A stretch of 64,000 nt of DNA. Origin: Eledone cirrhosa. Lineage: Eukaryota. The notes below the pieces were generated by a model. It was not told where the DNA came from. It saw only the letters and a list, made by a program, of their open reading frames with translations, and did not search any database. Position 1 is the stretch's first letter, and every line of letters begins with the position of its first letter. The DNA lies in contig OZ024765.1 of the NCBI GenBank assembly GCA_964016885.1, positions 22,320,001 to 22,384,000 of the forward strand, read 5' to 3'. This document shows positions 1-15,700 of the stretch, in pieces. The position numbers and the translations under genes are program-made.

Positions 1-798
1 ATCTTTATATTTTAGCTACCAACACCACACCACACCACAACTATTTTAACCACCAACACCATCACATCTTTATATTTTAGCCACCAACACCACAACTATT
101 TTAACCACCAACACCATCACATCTTTATATTTTAGCCACCAACACCACAACTATTTTAACCACCAATACCACCACAACTATTTTAACCACCAATACCATC
201 ACATCTTTATATTTTAGCCACCAACACCACACCACAACTATTTTAACCACCAACACCATCACATCATTATATTTTAGCCACCAACACCACAACTATTTTA
301 ACCACCAACACCATCACATCATTATATTTTAGCCACCAACACCACAACTATTTTAACCACCAACACCATCACATCTTTATATTTTAGCCACCAACACCAC
401 AACTATTTTAACCACCAATACCATCACATCTTTATATTTTAGCCACCAACACCACAACTATTTTAACCACCAATACCATCACATCTTTATATTTTAGCCA
501 CCAACACCACAACTATTTTAACCACCAACACCATCACATCATTATATTTTAGCCACCAACACCACAACTATTTTAACCACCAATACCATCACATCTTTAT
601 ATTTTAGCCACCAACACCACACCACAACTATTTTAACCACCAATACCATCACATCTTTATATTTTAGCCACCAACACCACACCACAACTATTTTAACCAC
701 CAATACCATCACATCATTATATTTTAGCCACCAACACCACAACTATTTTAACCACCAATACCATCACATCTTTATATTTTAGCCACCAACACCACAAC
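1..798. repeat. Minisatellite, 55-60 bp unit (atctttatattttagccaccaacaccacaactattttaaccaccaacaccatcac)
   Basis: Direct tandem repetition visible, about 14 copies, running off the window start. Confidence 0.95.
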
Positions 799-890
799 TT
801 TATTCAACTATCATATTATGTTCATTTTCTTCGCACACAAACTTTTTTTATTTATTTTTTATCATCTTCACTATAACTTATTTATTATTA

Positions 891-1339
891 CTAGCATGTG
901 TAGTGTGTATATTGATATTATACGCAGGTATATATACATGTAGATATGATACATCAAATAAAATCGTAATTGACAATATACTCAGAAATTGAACGAAGAC
1001 TGCGTTACACTCTCTTATGTAATCAGTAACGTAATCCATGATACATTAAAAAAGACAATATTATATATAAACTGCATTAGGAGAAAATTAGTGACAGAAA
1101 TATATGAATGTTTATTTTAGCGATGGCTAACCGGAAGTGTTGACATTTCAGGAATTTTAAAGAGATGAATCTTTAAATAAATAATAAAATATATTTAATC
1201 AACAGCCACGAAATTTAGTAGATAAATTATGTAATATTCATTCATTATTTATTCAAAGTAATCCAACTTATTTTACTAATGGGATAAAAAATTATAAACC
1301 GTACGTAGTCCCGCGCTCCTTACTTTATTATAGTTTAGA
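891..1339 (-). mobile_element. Non-autonomous Helitron-like element, copy 1
   Basis: The minus strand starts A|TCTAAACTATAATAAAG and ends CTAG|T (5'-TC, 3'-CTAG, A/T insertion). Clearly homologous to 28072..29165. Confidence 0.65.
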
Positions 1340-1674
1340 TTCATTTATTTTTTCTCACTATTTTTCTTTTTCTTTATCTTTTTTCTTTTTTCTTCTTTCC
1401 TTCTTTCTTTCTTTCTCTTTTTTTTTTCCTTTTTCTTTCTTTCTATTAATGATGTTGTAATTTGAATTTGCAAATGCTGTGTATAATTTAAAACAGTTTT
1501 TCTGATGATTTGGTTAAGCATACATCGTATTTAAAATTGAGTGACACAACTTCAAGTGATTAGCAATTTTAAGACAACTTAACCAATGAAACTGGTTAAT
1601 ACTGTAAATAAACCCTTTTTGTACTGTTGACCATGTTATTCTTCACTCTTTCACTATATATATATATCTGTCAG

Positions 1675-2660
1675 GTATGGCGGCCTTGGCCTCCGGTCCC
1701 CGATCTCACTAGCTTTGCCGGCGTATCTTTCGTCGGTAACCTCGTGCCGCGTCCTCGTCAGCATGGTTCTTCTAAACACAGCAGAACCCTCTGTGTTCGG
1801 AGAACATGAAGCCGCCTGTGAGATGTGGGACCGGCTGGGATTTAACCCAGTAGACGTCCCTCCTCCTTCTCCCCCTGTTAACGTCAAGTCCCCCCAAAGC
1901 AGTTTGGATGCCATCCAGTGCACCCTAGCCTCAGACAGGCTCACACGCCAGCTCAACCAGCACCGCCTTGCCTGTTTTCATGCGGCCTCCAAGCCCCACA
2001 GTGGTGCCTGGCTGCATGCCCTGCCTTCCTTCTCCACTGGCACGCCGCTAGACCACTATAGCCTGCGCATTGGCGTTTCTCTGAGGCTCGGCCTCCAGAT
2101 CTGCCAGCCACACCAATGTCGCTGTGGTTCCACCTTGAACTCTTTCGGCCTCCACTCGCTTTCCTGTCGCCACAGTGCCGGCCGTCTTCCACGCCACGCT
2201 GCCCTCAACAAGGTCATCAAGCATGGCTTGGACGCTGCAGGCTTCCCTTCCCAGCTCGAGCCGGTGGGGCTTGATCGAGGGGACGGCAAAAGGCCAGATG
2301 GCATGACCATCTTCCTGTTCCACAGTGGCAAACCCCTCGTCTGGGATGCCACTAACACCGACACCTTCTGCAGCCACAACCTGGTGCAGTCTGCGACTGA
2401 CCCAGGTTCTGCTGCACGTCGGGCTGAGAGGGGCCAAACTCCTCAAATACCGGTCGCTCTCCGACAGGTTTGCAGTCGTGTCCCTGGCAGTGGAGACTTC
2501 TGGTGTCCTCGGGGCCCAGGGCTACCTCCCTACTCACCACCATAGGCGCTGAGCTGGCCAGCCGCAGGTGTGAGCCCCGCGAGTTCGAATGGCTCTTCCA
2601 GCGGGTCTCCCTTGCCGTCCTCCGGGGAAACGCCTTCTCCATTCTGACCGCCGGGGCTGT
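1675..2660 (+). mobile_element. CRE-clade-like non-LTR retrotransposon 3' fragment (zinc finger plus restriction-like endonuclease), frameshifted
   Basis: SGAWLHALP...C.CG...FGLHSLSC...RHAALN...RPDG...WDAT, then in a shifted frame AVETSG...FQRVSLAVLRGNA. GC-rich island in AT-rich DNA. Confidence 0.8.
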
Positions 2661-3110
2661 GTGTGTGTGGGGGGTGGGGGTGGGGGGGGGATCGCGTATC
2701 AGTTCCATATTTAATTATGGTCGGTATGTGTATGTTTATATATATATTACTTTTATTTTCATTCAGCATCATGTCCTTCTTCATTGCTTTTCTCTAATAT
2801 CAACAGTCTCTTGTTATTGTTGTTGTTAGTCCCAAGTAAGGGCGGTCATTGGCAGATATCGGTAGAGTGTCGGACATCTTGCTTCACAGTATAGTGTCTT
2901 CTCAATATATTGTTTATACCAGTGTCTTGTCAATATGTTCTCATTCCAAATCCCGCGGAGGTTAAGGTTTCCTTTCATTCTTACAAGGAGGGGTCTTGTT
3001 TCTATATTTTATTTTTGGTTTATTTGATATAATCATTTTTTTTATACATACATATATATATATATGTATATATACATATATGTATATATATATGTACATA
3101 TATGTATATA

Positions 3111-3149
<39 letters not shown>

Positions 3150-3158
3150 ATATATATA

Positions 3159-3285
<127 letters not shown>

Positions 3286-3373
3286 ATATATATATATATA
3301 TATAGCAGTTGATGGTAAGTACTGCGCTCCACTTGATATAGATTGCCATATATATATATATATACATATATAT

Positions 3374-3413
<40 letters not shown>

Positions 3414-3415
<2 letters not shown>

Positions 3416-3605
3416 CAAAGGAGTTGTGGTAAGGAACCAGATGGACCATAACGCACCAGAGTACTCAATACTTAGGGTAGTAGAATGGGTAATAGGAAAA
3501 TGTATGACCCCGACGGCAGAGCTCAAGCCGTTTCGATGGCTATTTCTGGACTACAGAAATAGCCATCGAAACGGCTTGAGCTCTGCCGTCGGGGTCATAC
3601 ATTTT

Positions 3606-3610
<5 letters not shown>
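3414..3610. mobile_element. Hairpin-forming dispersed repeat family A (probably Penelope pLTR-derived); further copies at about 7897-8080, 23488-23700, 23739-23927, 45174-45350 and 56162-56370
   Basis: Near-perfect hairpin of about 110 nt (gaccccgacggcagagctcaagccgtttcga...tcgaaacggcttgagctctgccgtcggggtc) plus a shared tail. Six copies, always embedded in (TA)n. Confidence 0.75.
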
Positions 3611-3660
<50 letters not shown>

Positions 3661-4064
3661 CCAGAGGTATCCACTGTAAGTTGTGGGGTCTATTCTGTAT
3701 GAAGAACTCAATGTAATCCATATGTTGAAAGTGTTGTAGGTTAAGATAAATCTCAGAAAATAAAACATTAAAAGGAAAACAGAGACATGATATAAGTTAA
3801 AACAATGAAATAAAAAAATCAAGCCATTAGAGATATACTTCACTGCTTTACGATCGTTTCTAGGTGATGATAATACATTGTATCTATACTCAGTTATTGT
3901 TTACAAACTATCAAATAAAGAGAATTTTATTTGATAGTTTGTAACTAAACTTACCTAGATCAATAACTGAGTATAGATACAATGTATTATCATCACCTAG
4001 AAACGATTGTAAAGCAGTGAAGTATATCTCTAATGACTTGATTCTTTTTATTTCATCATTTTAA

Positions 4065-4121
<57 letters not shown>

Positions 4122-4441
4122 TCATGAATGTTCTATCTATTTAGAACTTAATGTAGATTTAATGTATATATGACTTGCAGGTGGTGAGAAACCTGTTTTG
4201 TGAGAAAGTCATATCTTTGTCGATCTCATTGAATATTGACAACTGGTGACACACACTCACATGTGTGTGTATATATATATGTGTGTGTATATATATATGT
4301 GTGTGTATATATATATGTGTGTGTATATATATATATTTGTATATATATATATATGTGTGTGTGTATATGTATATGTGTGTGTATATATATGTGTGTGTAT
4401 ATATATATGTGTGTGTATATATATATGTGTGTGTATATATA

Positions 4442-4510
<69 letters not shown>

Positions 4511-4650
4511 ATATATATATGTATGTGTATGTATGTATATATATATATGTATTTATATATATATATATATGTATATATGAAATACAAGTATGAAATTTGT
4601 AGAAATTTGTTTTTTTTTCTATAAATTCCTACAATTTTCATACTTGACGA

Positions 4651-4702
<52 letters not shown>

Positions 4703-4711
4703 ATATATATA

Positions 4712-4742
<31 letters not shown>

Positions 4743-4755
4743 GTGTATATATATA

Positions 4756-4816
<61 letters not shown>

Positions 4817-5197
4817 CATCATCATCATTTAACATCCATCTTCCATGCTAACATGGGCTAGATGGTTTATATATATATATATTTGTATATATATATACAT
4901 ATGTATATATATATATATATACATATGTATATATATATATACATATGTATATATATATATACATATGTATATATATATATATATACATATGTATATATAT
5001 ATACATATGTATATATATATATACATATGTATATATATATATACATATGTATATATACACTCCTATAGACAGTAGAAACAGAAGTATGCGTGACTCCTTC
5101 ATTTTCTAAGAATTTCATGTTTTTCTATCTATCTGTCTGTTCGTCTATTTGTCTATCTCTCTATCTATCTATTAGTGCCCTTGCGGCAAATAAAGAA

Positions 5198-5813
<616 letters not shown>

Positions 5814-7249
5814 ATATATATATATATAGATATTGAAGTTTCCGTTGAAAATTGAAAAAGTCATAGGAGTGAAGAGTGCTCTATGTAAGTTACAGAGCTA
5901 AATATTTAATGTATAATAAACAATACAGTATAATTACCTCATTACCAGAGGTTTCCCGAATAAGACAAATACAAGAAACGTCCTCATTCGTTCGTCAGAC
6001 AAGGCAATTTAAAACATAGTGAAATATTTGAAAAATCTCCTCAAGAAAGGCAAAAGTTTGCCTTAATTTTTTATTTTTATTCTTATCTTATATATTATTT
6101 CATTTATTCATCATATTTTATATTTGTATCGAGCTTCCGCCTGACACTGCGTCGACTTTATACACACCCTTCTCTGTATATATCACATGCATGTATGTGG
6201 TTGTGCGTGTGTGTATGTTTATACTCGTGCGTCCTTTCATCCTTGTATGTGTATATATATCAGCCCTTAGTCCCTGAGTCTGTATGTACGCTAACTCCAT
6301 TATCTTACAATTCCTATTTTCAACATATATATATATATATATCTATTTGTGGTCACACATACACTAATATGTTTGCCCTCATGTATGTACTTACGCACAC
6401 ATTTTTTCACTATACAAATGAAGTTGTACATACATACACACACACACACATGTACATATGTACATATGTATGTGCATATCCTTTAAAACCTCCATGGAAC
6501 AAACTCCCTGCATCAGTTGTTAGCTGTCGAGACTCTGCATCCATTAAAACATCCATGTTTCCTGAAATTCACCAACACTACACCTGATATCCCCCCTCCA
6601 TATACACGCGCACATGTATATCATAACTCATACACTGTTCATTTTCCTGACATTTGTACAGTATTCTATGTACTATGGATTGGCAATATCAGTAGAGGGT
6701 CAGACGGCATGCTTTCTAGCATAGAGTTACGTCCCTTTGCGGTCTGATTTCAAATCCCACCATGGTTAACTTTGCCTTTCATCCTTACGGGGTCTATAAA
6801 ATAAAGTACCAGTAATGCACTGGGTACTTGCCGGCCTTGTGCCAAAAATAGAAACAATTATTCAATGTACTATACATGCACATTTGATGAGTTGTAGTGC
6901 ACCTGAGCACTGTACACAATAATTTCATTATTATTATTACTATTATTATTATTATTATTATTATCATCATACATGCCTGTAAACTGAAGGTGGAAAACTG
7001 GGAGAGGGCACTTGCCCTGGGGGTCAGGGTCAGCGTGGCTTTTTTAATGGGCTTTCTCCACGAATGTCCCTTGGAAGTCTTCCCCCTATTAGGGAATTCT
7101 TCATTGTTTCTTTGTTTGTTACATCCTCTGTTTTATTTTTTTTACATGCAGAAATACCCATTTGTATCATCTGTGTTGTCCTGTGCTGTCCTTAATGTCT
7201 ACTTTATGTCAACCCTTGTGGTTAATAACGAAAGCATTATTATTATCAT

Positions 7250-7280
<31 letters not shown>

Positions 7281-8077
7281 GTTTCGTTGACAAGTATATC
7301 AATGTGCACAGACACGCAGATATATTGCTCTTGGTTTGACAGTGTGGTTTTAGCTCAATGTAGGATAACTGGTATACTACAGAGCCATTATAGTTATAGG
7401 AATAACCAAAGAGTGCTTAGAAATACATTGTTTTATTTACTAACAGTGTTTCATCCATACCCTAGGGCAGGAATCATCAGAGCCTATAAACAAAAATATA
7501 TCAAAGGCTGTATAGAACAACACACAATACATGATACATATAATGTCATAAAAAATTACATCAAAGGTTTATCACATAAATGGTGCAATAGATCTTAAGG
7601 AGGTTGAGAGAGGAGAGCAAGAATTGATTGAGGGTGTTATAATATTGTGTGTTGTTCTATACAGCGCTGGCCTGGGACCCCCCTATTTGTTCTTCATCCT
7701 TGTTCTGGTGACTAGAACCTTTGATATATTTTTGATGGAGCCTGCAACCTTTGATATATTTTTGTTTATAGGCTCTGATGATTCCTGCCCTAGGGTATGG
7801 ATGAATGGATGAAACACTGGTAGCAAATAAAACAATGTATTTCTAAGCACTCTTTGGTTATTCCTAAACTTATATATATATATATATATATATATCGGAA
7901 AAAGTATGACCCCGACGGCAGAGCTCAAGCCGTTTCAACGGCTATTTCTGGACCGTCGAAACGGCTTGAGCTCTGCCGTCGGGGTCATACTTTTTCCTAT
8001 TACCCACTCTATTACCCTAAGTATTGAGTACTCTAGTGCGTTATGGTCCATCTGGTTCCTTACCACACCTCCTTCGT

Positions 8078-8112
<35 letters not shown>

Positions 8113-8194
8113 ATGTGTGTGTGTGACTGTCTGTGTGTGTGTTTACATGTGTCTGTGTGTGTGTAGATGTATGTGTGTGTACATGGTGGTGGTC

Positions 8195-8236
<42 letters not shown>

Positions 8237-8594
8237 TGTACTAACACACGTATACATCCCTCAACTGGTTTGGTCCCTACAACCTGTCCTGGGAGACATG
8301 GGATGGACACACAAAGATAGCGAGACCCCTAAAAAGGCTCCAGTAGGGAGCAAACCTCGACAATTGACCCTAGGTTGTTGTTCCCCTATGGGGGAGAATT
8401 TAATATATTTTATATATTTATATTGTTTTCTGGATATTTTTATATAACATTTCTGTTTCCCTATTGAAAGTAACCCCCCCCCCCCCCCCACCACCACCAC
8501 CACCCACCTCTTCTCTAATGACCCCCCCCCCCCCCCCCTCCTCGACCCCAGTCCCCTCCCCCCAGCTGTTGTTTCTTTGTTGAAAATAAAAGAA

Positions 8595-8630
<36 letters not shown>

Positions 8631-9060
8631 TTTATTATTTTTTCTGATTTAGGCACAAGGCCAGCAATTTAGGGGGGGGGGGGGAATTCGATTAAATCAA
8701 CTCCAGTGTATTACTGGTACTTTATTTTATCAATCCTGTAAGGATGAAAGGCAAAGTTAACCTCGGCGGGATTTGAACTCAGAACGTACAGGGCCATAAC
8801 TCTATGCTACAAAGCATGGTGTCCGTCGCTCTACCGATTCTGCCAATCCACTGCCTTTTCATTATCATTATTGGTCGGACGCCATGTTTCCAGCATAGAG
8901 TTACGTCCCTTTACGGTCTGAGTTCAAATCCCGCCGAGGTTAACTTTACCTTTCATCCTTACGGGGTCGATAGAATAAAGTACCAGTAATGTACTGGTGT
9001 TGATTAAATCGACTTTTCCCTCCTCCCAAATTACTGGTCTTGTGTCAACTTGAATAACAT

Positions 9061-10755
9061 CGCCACTACCACTACCACCACCTCCACCAACAACAACAAC
9101 CACAGCACCACCACCAACACCACCGCCACCAACCACCACCAACACTACACCACCACCAACACCACCACCACCACTACCATACCACCACTACCACCGCCAC
9201 CACACCACCACCAACACTACACCACCACCAACACCACCACCACCACCACCACTACCACCGCCACCACCACCTCCACCAACAACAACAACACCAACAACAA
9301 CCACACCACCAACACCACCACTACTACCACCACCACCACCAACAACAACAACACAACCACACCACCACCAACAACACCACTACCACCACCAACAACAACC
9401 AGACCACCAACACCACCACCACCACCACCAACAACAACAACTCCACCCCCCCCACCACCACCTCCACCAACAACAACAACACCACCAACAACAACACAAC
9501 CACACCACCACCAACAACCACACCACCAACACCACCACCACCACCAACAACAACACAACCACACCACCAACAACAACAACACAACCACACCACCACCAAC
9601 ACCACCAACACCACCACCAGCAACAACAACAACAACCACACCACCAACAACACCACTACCACTACCACCACCACCACCACCACCAACACCACCACCAACA
9701 ACCACACCACCAACACCACCACCACCAACAACAACCACACCACCACTACCACCACCAACACCACCAACAACAACAACCACACCACCTCCACCACCAACAC
9801 CACCACCACCCCACCACCACCACCAACAACAACCACACCACCAACAACAACAACCACACCACCTCCACCACCAACACCACCACCAACAACAACACCATCA
9901 ACAACAACAACCACACCACCTCCACCACCAACACCACCACCACCCCACCACCACCACCACCAACAACAACCACACCACCAACACCACCACTACCACCACC
10001 AACACCACCAACAACAACAACCACACCACCTCCACCACCACCACCCCACCACCACCACCAACAACAACCACACCACCAACACTACCAACACCACCAATCT
10101 CCACCACCACTACCACTACAACACCATCTCCACCACCACCATCACTACAACACCATCTCCACCACCACCATCACTACAACACTACCAACACCACCAATCT
10201 CCACCACCACTACCACTACAACACCATCTCCACCACCACCATCACTACAACACCATCTCCACCACCACCATCACTACAACACTACCAACACCACCAATCT
10301 CCACCACCACTACCACTACAACACCATCTCCACCACCACCATCACTACAACACCATCTCCACCACCACCATCACTACAACACTACCAACACCACCAATCT
10401 CCACCACCACTACCACTACAACACCATCTCCACCACCACCATCACTACAACACCATCTCCACCACCACCATCACTACAACACTACCAACACCACCAATCT
10501 CCACCACCACTACCACTACAACACCATCTCCACCACCACCATCACTACAACACCATCTCCACCACCACCATCACTACAACACTACCAACACCACCAATCT
10601 CCACCACCACTACCACTACAACACCATCTCCACCACCACCATCACTACAACACCATCTCCACCACCACCATCACTACAACACTACCAGCACCACCAATCT
10701 CCACCACCACTACCACTACGACACCATCTCCACTACCACCATCACTACAATACTA
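9061..10755. repeat. (CCA/CAA)n low-complexity tract grading into an accaccaccatcactacaac minisatellite
   Basis: Composition is almost only A and C. Repeated 30-150 bp modules after about 10080. Confidence 0.9.
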
Positions 10756-10842
10756 ACAACAACACCACCGTCGCCACCTGAAGAACGCTCTTGGAGATAT
10801 CGATCACGTGATAATAAACTTCGTCTTTTTTCCTTTCCTTTA

Positions 10843-10873
10843 ATGAACGCCTACAAAATGGAGGCCATGATTT
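10843..10873 (+). CDS. Candidate short upstream first coding exon of the COX-like gene (MNAYKMEAMI-C)
   Basis: ATG...ATT T|GTAAGT is a strong phase-1 donor. It splices in frame to the acceptor at 25079 (T+GT GCT GCT GAG AAG GAC ATG). No homology support. Confidence 0.3.
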
Positions 10874-11059
10874 GTAAGTATTTCTTCTCATTTTCTCTCC
10901 AGGATTCCTCTAAATACTTTCTCTGTGTCTCTCTCTTTCCATTGATAAAACCTTAGTTTAAGGTAGACATTGTTTTAGACGAGTAACTGCTGTGTCCTCT
11001 GGTGGGGAAATTGACCTGGAAACTGTTCAGAGACGTACAACCAAACGATACTTTAAAGC

Positions 11060-11590
11060 TCTGACGTTTGGCAACTGACTTGGTAGACACCAAAATTATT
11101 AACCATCTTTCCAACAACACCCCTGAGTACCTTTTTGATTTCCATGTGTCTAACACCTGTGGACATGCCTACAAAGTCAGAAAACAGCACAGCTCCCATG
11201 ACTTTCGTAAATATTTGTTCATGCTCAGAGTTGTTGAAGCATGGAACAAACTCCCTGCATCAGTTGTTAGCTGTCGAGACACTGCATCCTTTAAAACCTC
11301 CATGGAACAAACTACCAGCATCAGTTGTTAGCTGTCGAGACACTGCATCCTTTAAAACCTCCATGGAACAAACTACCTGCATCAGTTGTTAGCTGTCGAG
11401 ACACTGCATCCTTTAAAACCTCCACACTTCCCGAAATTCACCAACACTACACTTGATATTCCCCCTCCATATATACACACATGTATCTGTGTATATCATG
11501 ACTTATACACTGCTTACTTTCCTGACATTTGTACATTATTCTATGAACTATACACTGCACCTGAGCACTGTGCACAACAATTATACACAC
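11060..11590 (+). mobile_element. CR1-type LINE 3' fragment with internal tandem duplication (related pieces at about 6480-6670 and 6870-6960)
   Basis: GHAYKVRKQHSSHDFRKYLF..RVVEAWNKLPASVV is a typical CR1 ORF2 C-terminus. One 59-bp segment is triplicated. Confidence 0.75.
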
Positions 11591-11639
11591 ATGTACACCT
11601 CTATTATTAGAAAATGGGGTTCACGCGCTGGTAACCCCG

Positions 11640-11850
11640 GGGGACAGAATAGAGAAGGTGTTTCCCCGGAGCATGGCGCGGCAGACATGTTGGAAGAGCC
11701 ATTCCAGTTCGCGAGGCTCACACTTGCGGGTAGCTCACTCTGTGGTGATGGTAGGCGAGTAGAGAGGTGGTCTTAGGGCCAAGGACACCAGAAGTCTCCA
11801 TTGCTACAAGTGGTCAGCTTAGTGCCTATGGTGGTGAGTAGGGAGGTAGC
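11640..11850 (-). mobile_element. Rearranged CRE-like fragment
   Basis: Reverse complement resembles 2490-2650 (ETSGVLG, WLFQ, GN.FSIL). Confidence 0.55.
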
Positions 11851-12275
11851 CCTACTGCTAGGGTAGCCAATTAAATTTGTCACAATTATAACATCTCAAT
11901 GAAAACATCGTTAAAAAGATCTTACTCAGAGAAATAAATATATAAAGTGTACCCCATACAAAATCACTGCTGGGTAGATCCCAGTAAAGTACTCTAAAGA
12001 ACATTCATAAACATCTTTCCTTCCGGATATACTCACAAAACAAGCAACCTAAATATAGGAAGCCTGTATTTGCTCATACTTCCTATATTCAGAGGACTCA
12101 TGGGTGTTATCTTTGCTCATGGTCTACCCCCAACCCTGGGGCTCCTGTCGGTTGGTTTTTCCCTGTAAAATCTGTCCAGTAATACGTGATGTTATTATTT
12201 ATTTTTAATGAGAATAAGAGGTTTTATTTTTATTCACAGTTGTATAAATAACATTACAAATGTTTTAGATATTTT

Positions 12276-12582
12276 CTAAGGCGGGTAAAATTCCCGAGAT
12301 CCATGGACGAGTTCTCTCCAGCGGTCTCTGTCCCTCATTATCGCTGCCATGTCCTGCGTCTCCAACAGACCACTGTCTGTCATTAGGGCATCAACATACG
12401 TTAACCTCGGTCTTCCTCTTCTAGTGTGTCCATGTAGGGGCTCCCAAAGGAGCACTGAGTGCAATGTCAACTCTGGATGTCGGTGAGCATGTCCAGCCAA
12501 CCTCAGTCTCCTCTGTGTCACTTTTGAGCTGACTTTTGGGAGGCTCCCATACAGCTCTGAGTTTTTCATCCTCAGTGTATAC
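12276..12582 (-). mobile_element. RTE-like LINE family B, 3' fragment
   Basis: ELYGSLPKVSSKVTQRRLRLAGHAHRHPE...WEPLHG..RRGRPRLTYVD...DRDRWR is an RTE C-terminus. Homologous copies at 28170 and 39362. Confidence 0.85.
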
Positions 12583-12788
12583 TGATTAATACTGATATAT
12601 ATATAAATAACACTACACATGCTACGGACTGGAAAAGATAATTCACAGAGAGATCTTGGAAATACCGTGATATATCGGTTAACTACATTTTCAAGCCTGT
12701 GGTGTTCGAGAGGTTTGGGGGAACCGGGCCGCTGACTGCGAGGTTCTTGTCATCACTGACGGCTCGCCTAACCGAGGTTACTGGTGAT

Positions 12789-15700
12789 ACAACACACAAG
12801 CAGGTAATACACACATCTAGAACCACATACAACACATAAGCATGTAATACACACATCTAGGACCACATATAACGCGCTAGCAGGTAATACATACATCTAG
12901 GACCACATACAACACACAAGCAGGTAATACATACATCTAGGACCACATACAACACATAATCAGGTAATACATACATCTAGGACCACATACAACACACAAG
13001 CAGGTAATACATACATCTAGGACCACATACAACACACAGGCAAGTAATACACACATCTAGGACCACATACAACACACAAGCAAGTAATACATACATCTAG
13101 GACCACATACAACACACAAGCAAGTAAAACATACATCTAGGACCACATACAACACACAAGCAGGTAATACATACATCTAGGACCACATACAACACACAAG
13201 CAAGTAAAACATACACCTAGGACCACATACAACACACAAGCATGTAATACAAACATCTAGGACCACATACAACACACAAGCAGGTAATACATACACCTAG
13301 GACCACATACAACACACAAGAAGGTAATACATACATCTAGGACCACATACAACACACAAGCAGGTAATACATACATCTAGGACCACATATGACACACAAG
13401 CAGGTAATATATACATCTAGGACCACATACATTACACAAGCAGGTAATACATACATCTAGGACCACATACAACACACAAGAAGGTAATACATACATCTAG
13501 GACCACATATGACACACAAGCAGGCAATATATACATCTAGGACCACATACATTACACAAGCAGGTAATACATACATCTAGGACCACATACAACACACAAG
13601 CAAGTAATACATACATCTAGGACCACATACATTACACAAGCAGGTAATACATACATCTAGGACCACATACAACACGCTAGCAGGTAATACATACATCTAG
13701 CACCACATATAACACACAAGCAGGTAATACATACATCTAGGACCACATACAACACATAAGCAGGTAATACATACATCTAGGACCACATACAACACACAAG
13801 CAAGTAATACATACATCTAGGACCACATACAACACATAAGCAGGTAATACATACATCTAGGACCACATACAACACACAAGCAAGTAATACATACATCTAG
13901 GACCACATATAACACACAAGCAGGTAATACATACATCTAGGACCACATACAACACACAAGCAAGTAATACATACATCTAGGACCACATACAACACACAAG
14001 CAAGTAATACATACATCTAGGACCACATACAACACACAAGCAAGTAATACATACATCTAGGACCACATACAACACACAACCAGGTAATACATACATCTAG
14101 GACCACATACAACACACAACCAGGTAATACATACATCTAGGACCACATACAACACACAAACAGGTAATACATACATCTAGGACCACATACAACACACAAG
14201 CAAGTAATACATACATCTAGGACCACATACAACACACAAGAAGGTAATACATACATCTAGGACCACATACAACACACAAGCAAGTAAAACATACACCTAG
14301 GACCACATACAACACACAAGCATGTAATACATACATCTAGGACCACATACAACACACAAGCAGGTAATACATACATCTAGGACCACATACAACACACAAG
14401 CAAGTAATACATACATCTAGGACCACATACAGCACACAAGCAGGTAATACATACATCTAGGACCACATACAACACACAAGCAGGTAATACATACATCTAG
14501 GACCACATACAACACACATGCAGGTAATACACACATCTAGGACCACATACAACACATAATCAGGTAATACATACATCTAGGACCACATACAACACACAAG
14601 CAGGTAATACATACATCTAGGACCACATACAACACACAAGCATGTAATACATACATCTAGGACCACATACAACACGCTAGCAGGTAATACATACATCTAG
14701 GACCACATACAACACGCTAGCAGGTAATACATACATCTAGGACCACATACAACACACAAGCAGGTAATACATACATCTAGGACCACATACAACACACAAG
14801 CAGGTAATACATACATCTAGGACCACATACAACACACAAGCAGGTAATATATACATCTAGGACCACATACAACACACAAGCATGTAATACATACATCTAG
14901 GACCACATACAACACACAAGCAGGTAATACATACATCTAGGACCACATACAACACGCTAGCAGGTAATACATACATCTAGGACCACATACAACACGCTAG
15001 CAGGTAATACATACATCTAGGACCACATACAACACACAAGCAGGTAATACATACATCTAGGACCACATACAACACACAAGCAGGTAAAACATACATCTAG
15101 GACCACATACAACACACAAGCAGGTAATACATACATCTAGGACCACATACAACACACAAGCAGGTAATACATACATCTAGGACCACATACAACACACAAG
15201 CATGTAATACATACATCTAGGACCACATACAACACGCTAGCAGGTAATACATACATCTAGGACCACATACAACACACAAGCAGGTAATACATACATCTAG
15301 GACCACATACAACACACAAGCAGGTAATACATACATCTAGGACCACATACAACACACAAGCATGTAATACATACATCTAGGACCACATACAACACACAAG
15401 CAAGTAAAACATACACCTAGGACCACATACAACACACAAGCATGTAATACATATATCTAGGACCACATATAACACACAAGCAGGTAATACATACATCTAG
15501 GACCACATACAACACATAAGCAGGTAATACATACATCTAGGACCACATACAACACACAAGCAAGTAATACATACATCTAGGACCACATACAACACATAAG
15601 CAGGTAATACATACATCTAGGACCACATACAACACACAAGCAAGTAATACATACATCTAGGACCACATATAACACACAAGCAGGTAATACATACATCTAG

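Noticed and set aside
936-1335. Remnant of a duplicated COX paralog (similar to sequence upstream of the EGF exon)
   Set aside because: Similarity stops before the exon and has Helitron-type termini, so it is a dispersed repeat and not a gene duplicate.
9050-10756. 568-aa Thr/Pro/His-rich mucin- or extensin-like ORF
   Set aside because: It is a (CCA/CAA)n low-complexity tract open in several frames, with a non-ATG start and no splice or domain support.
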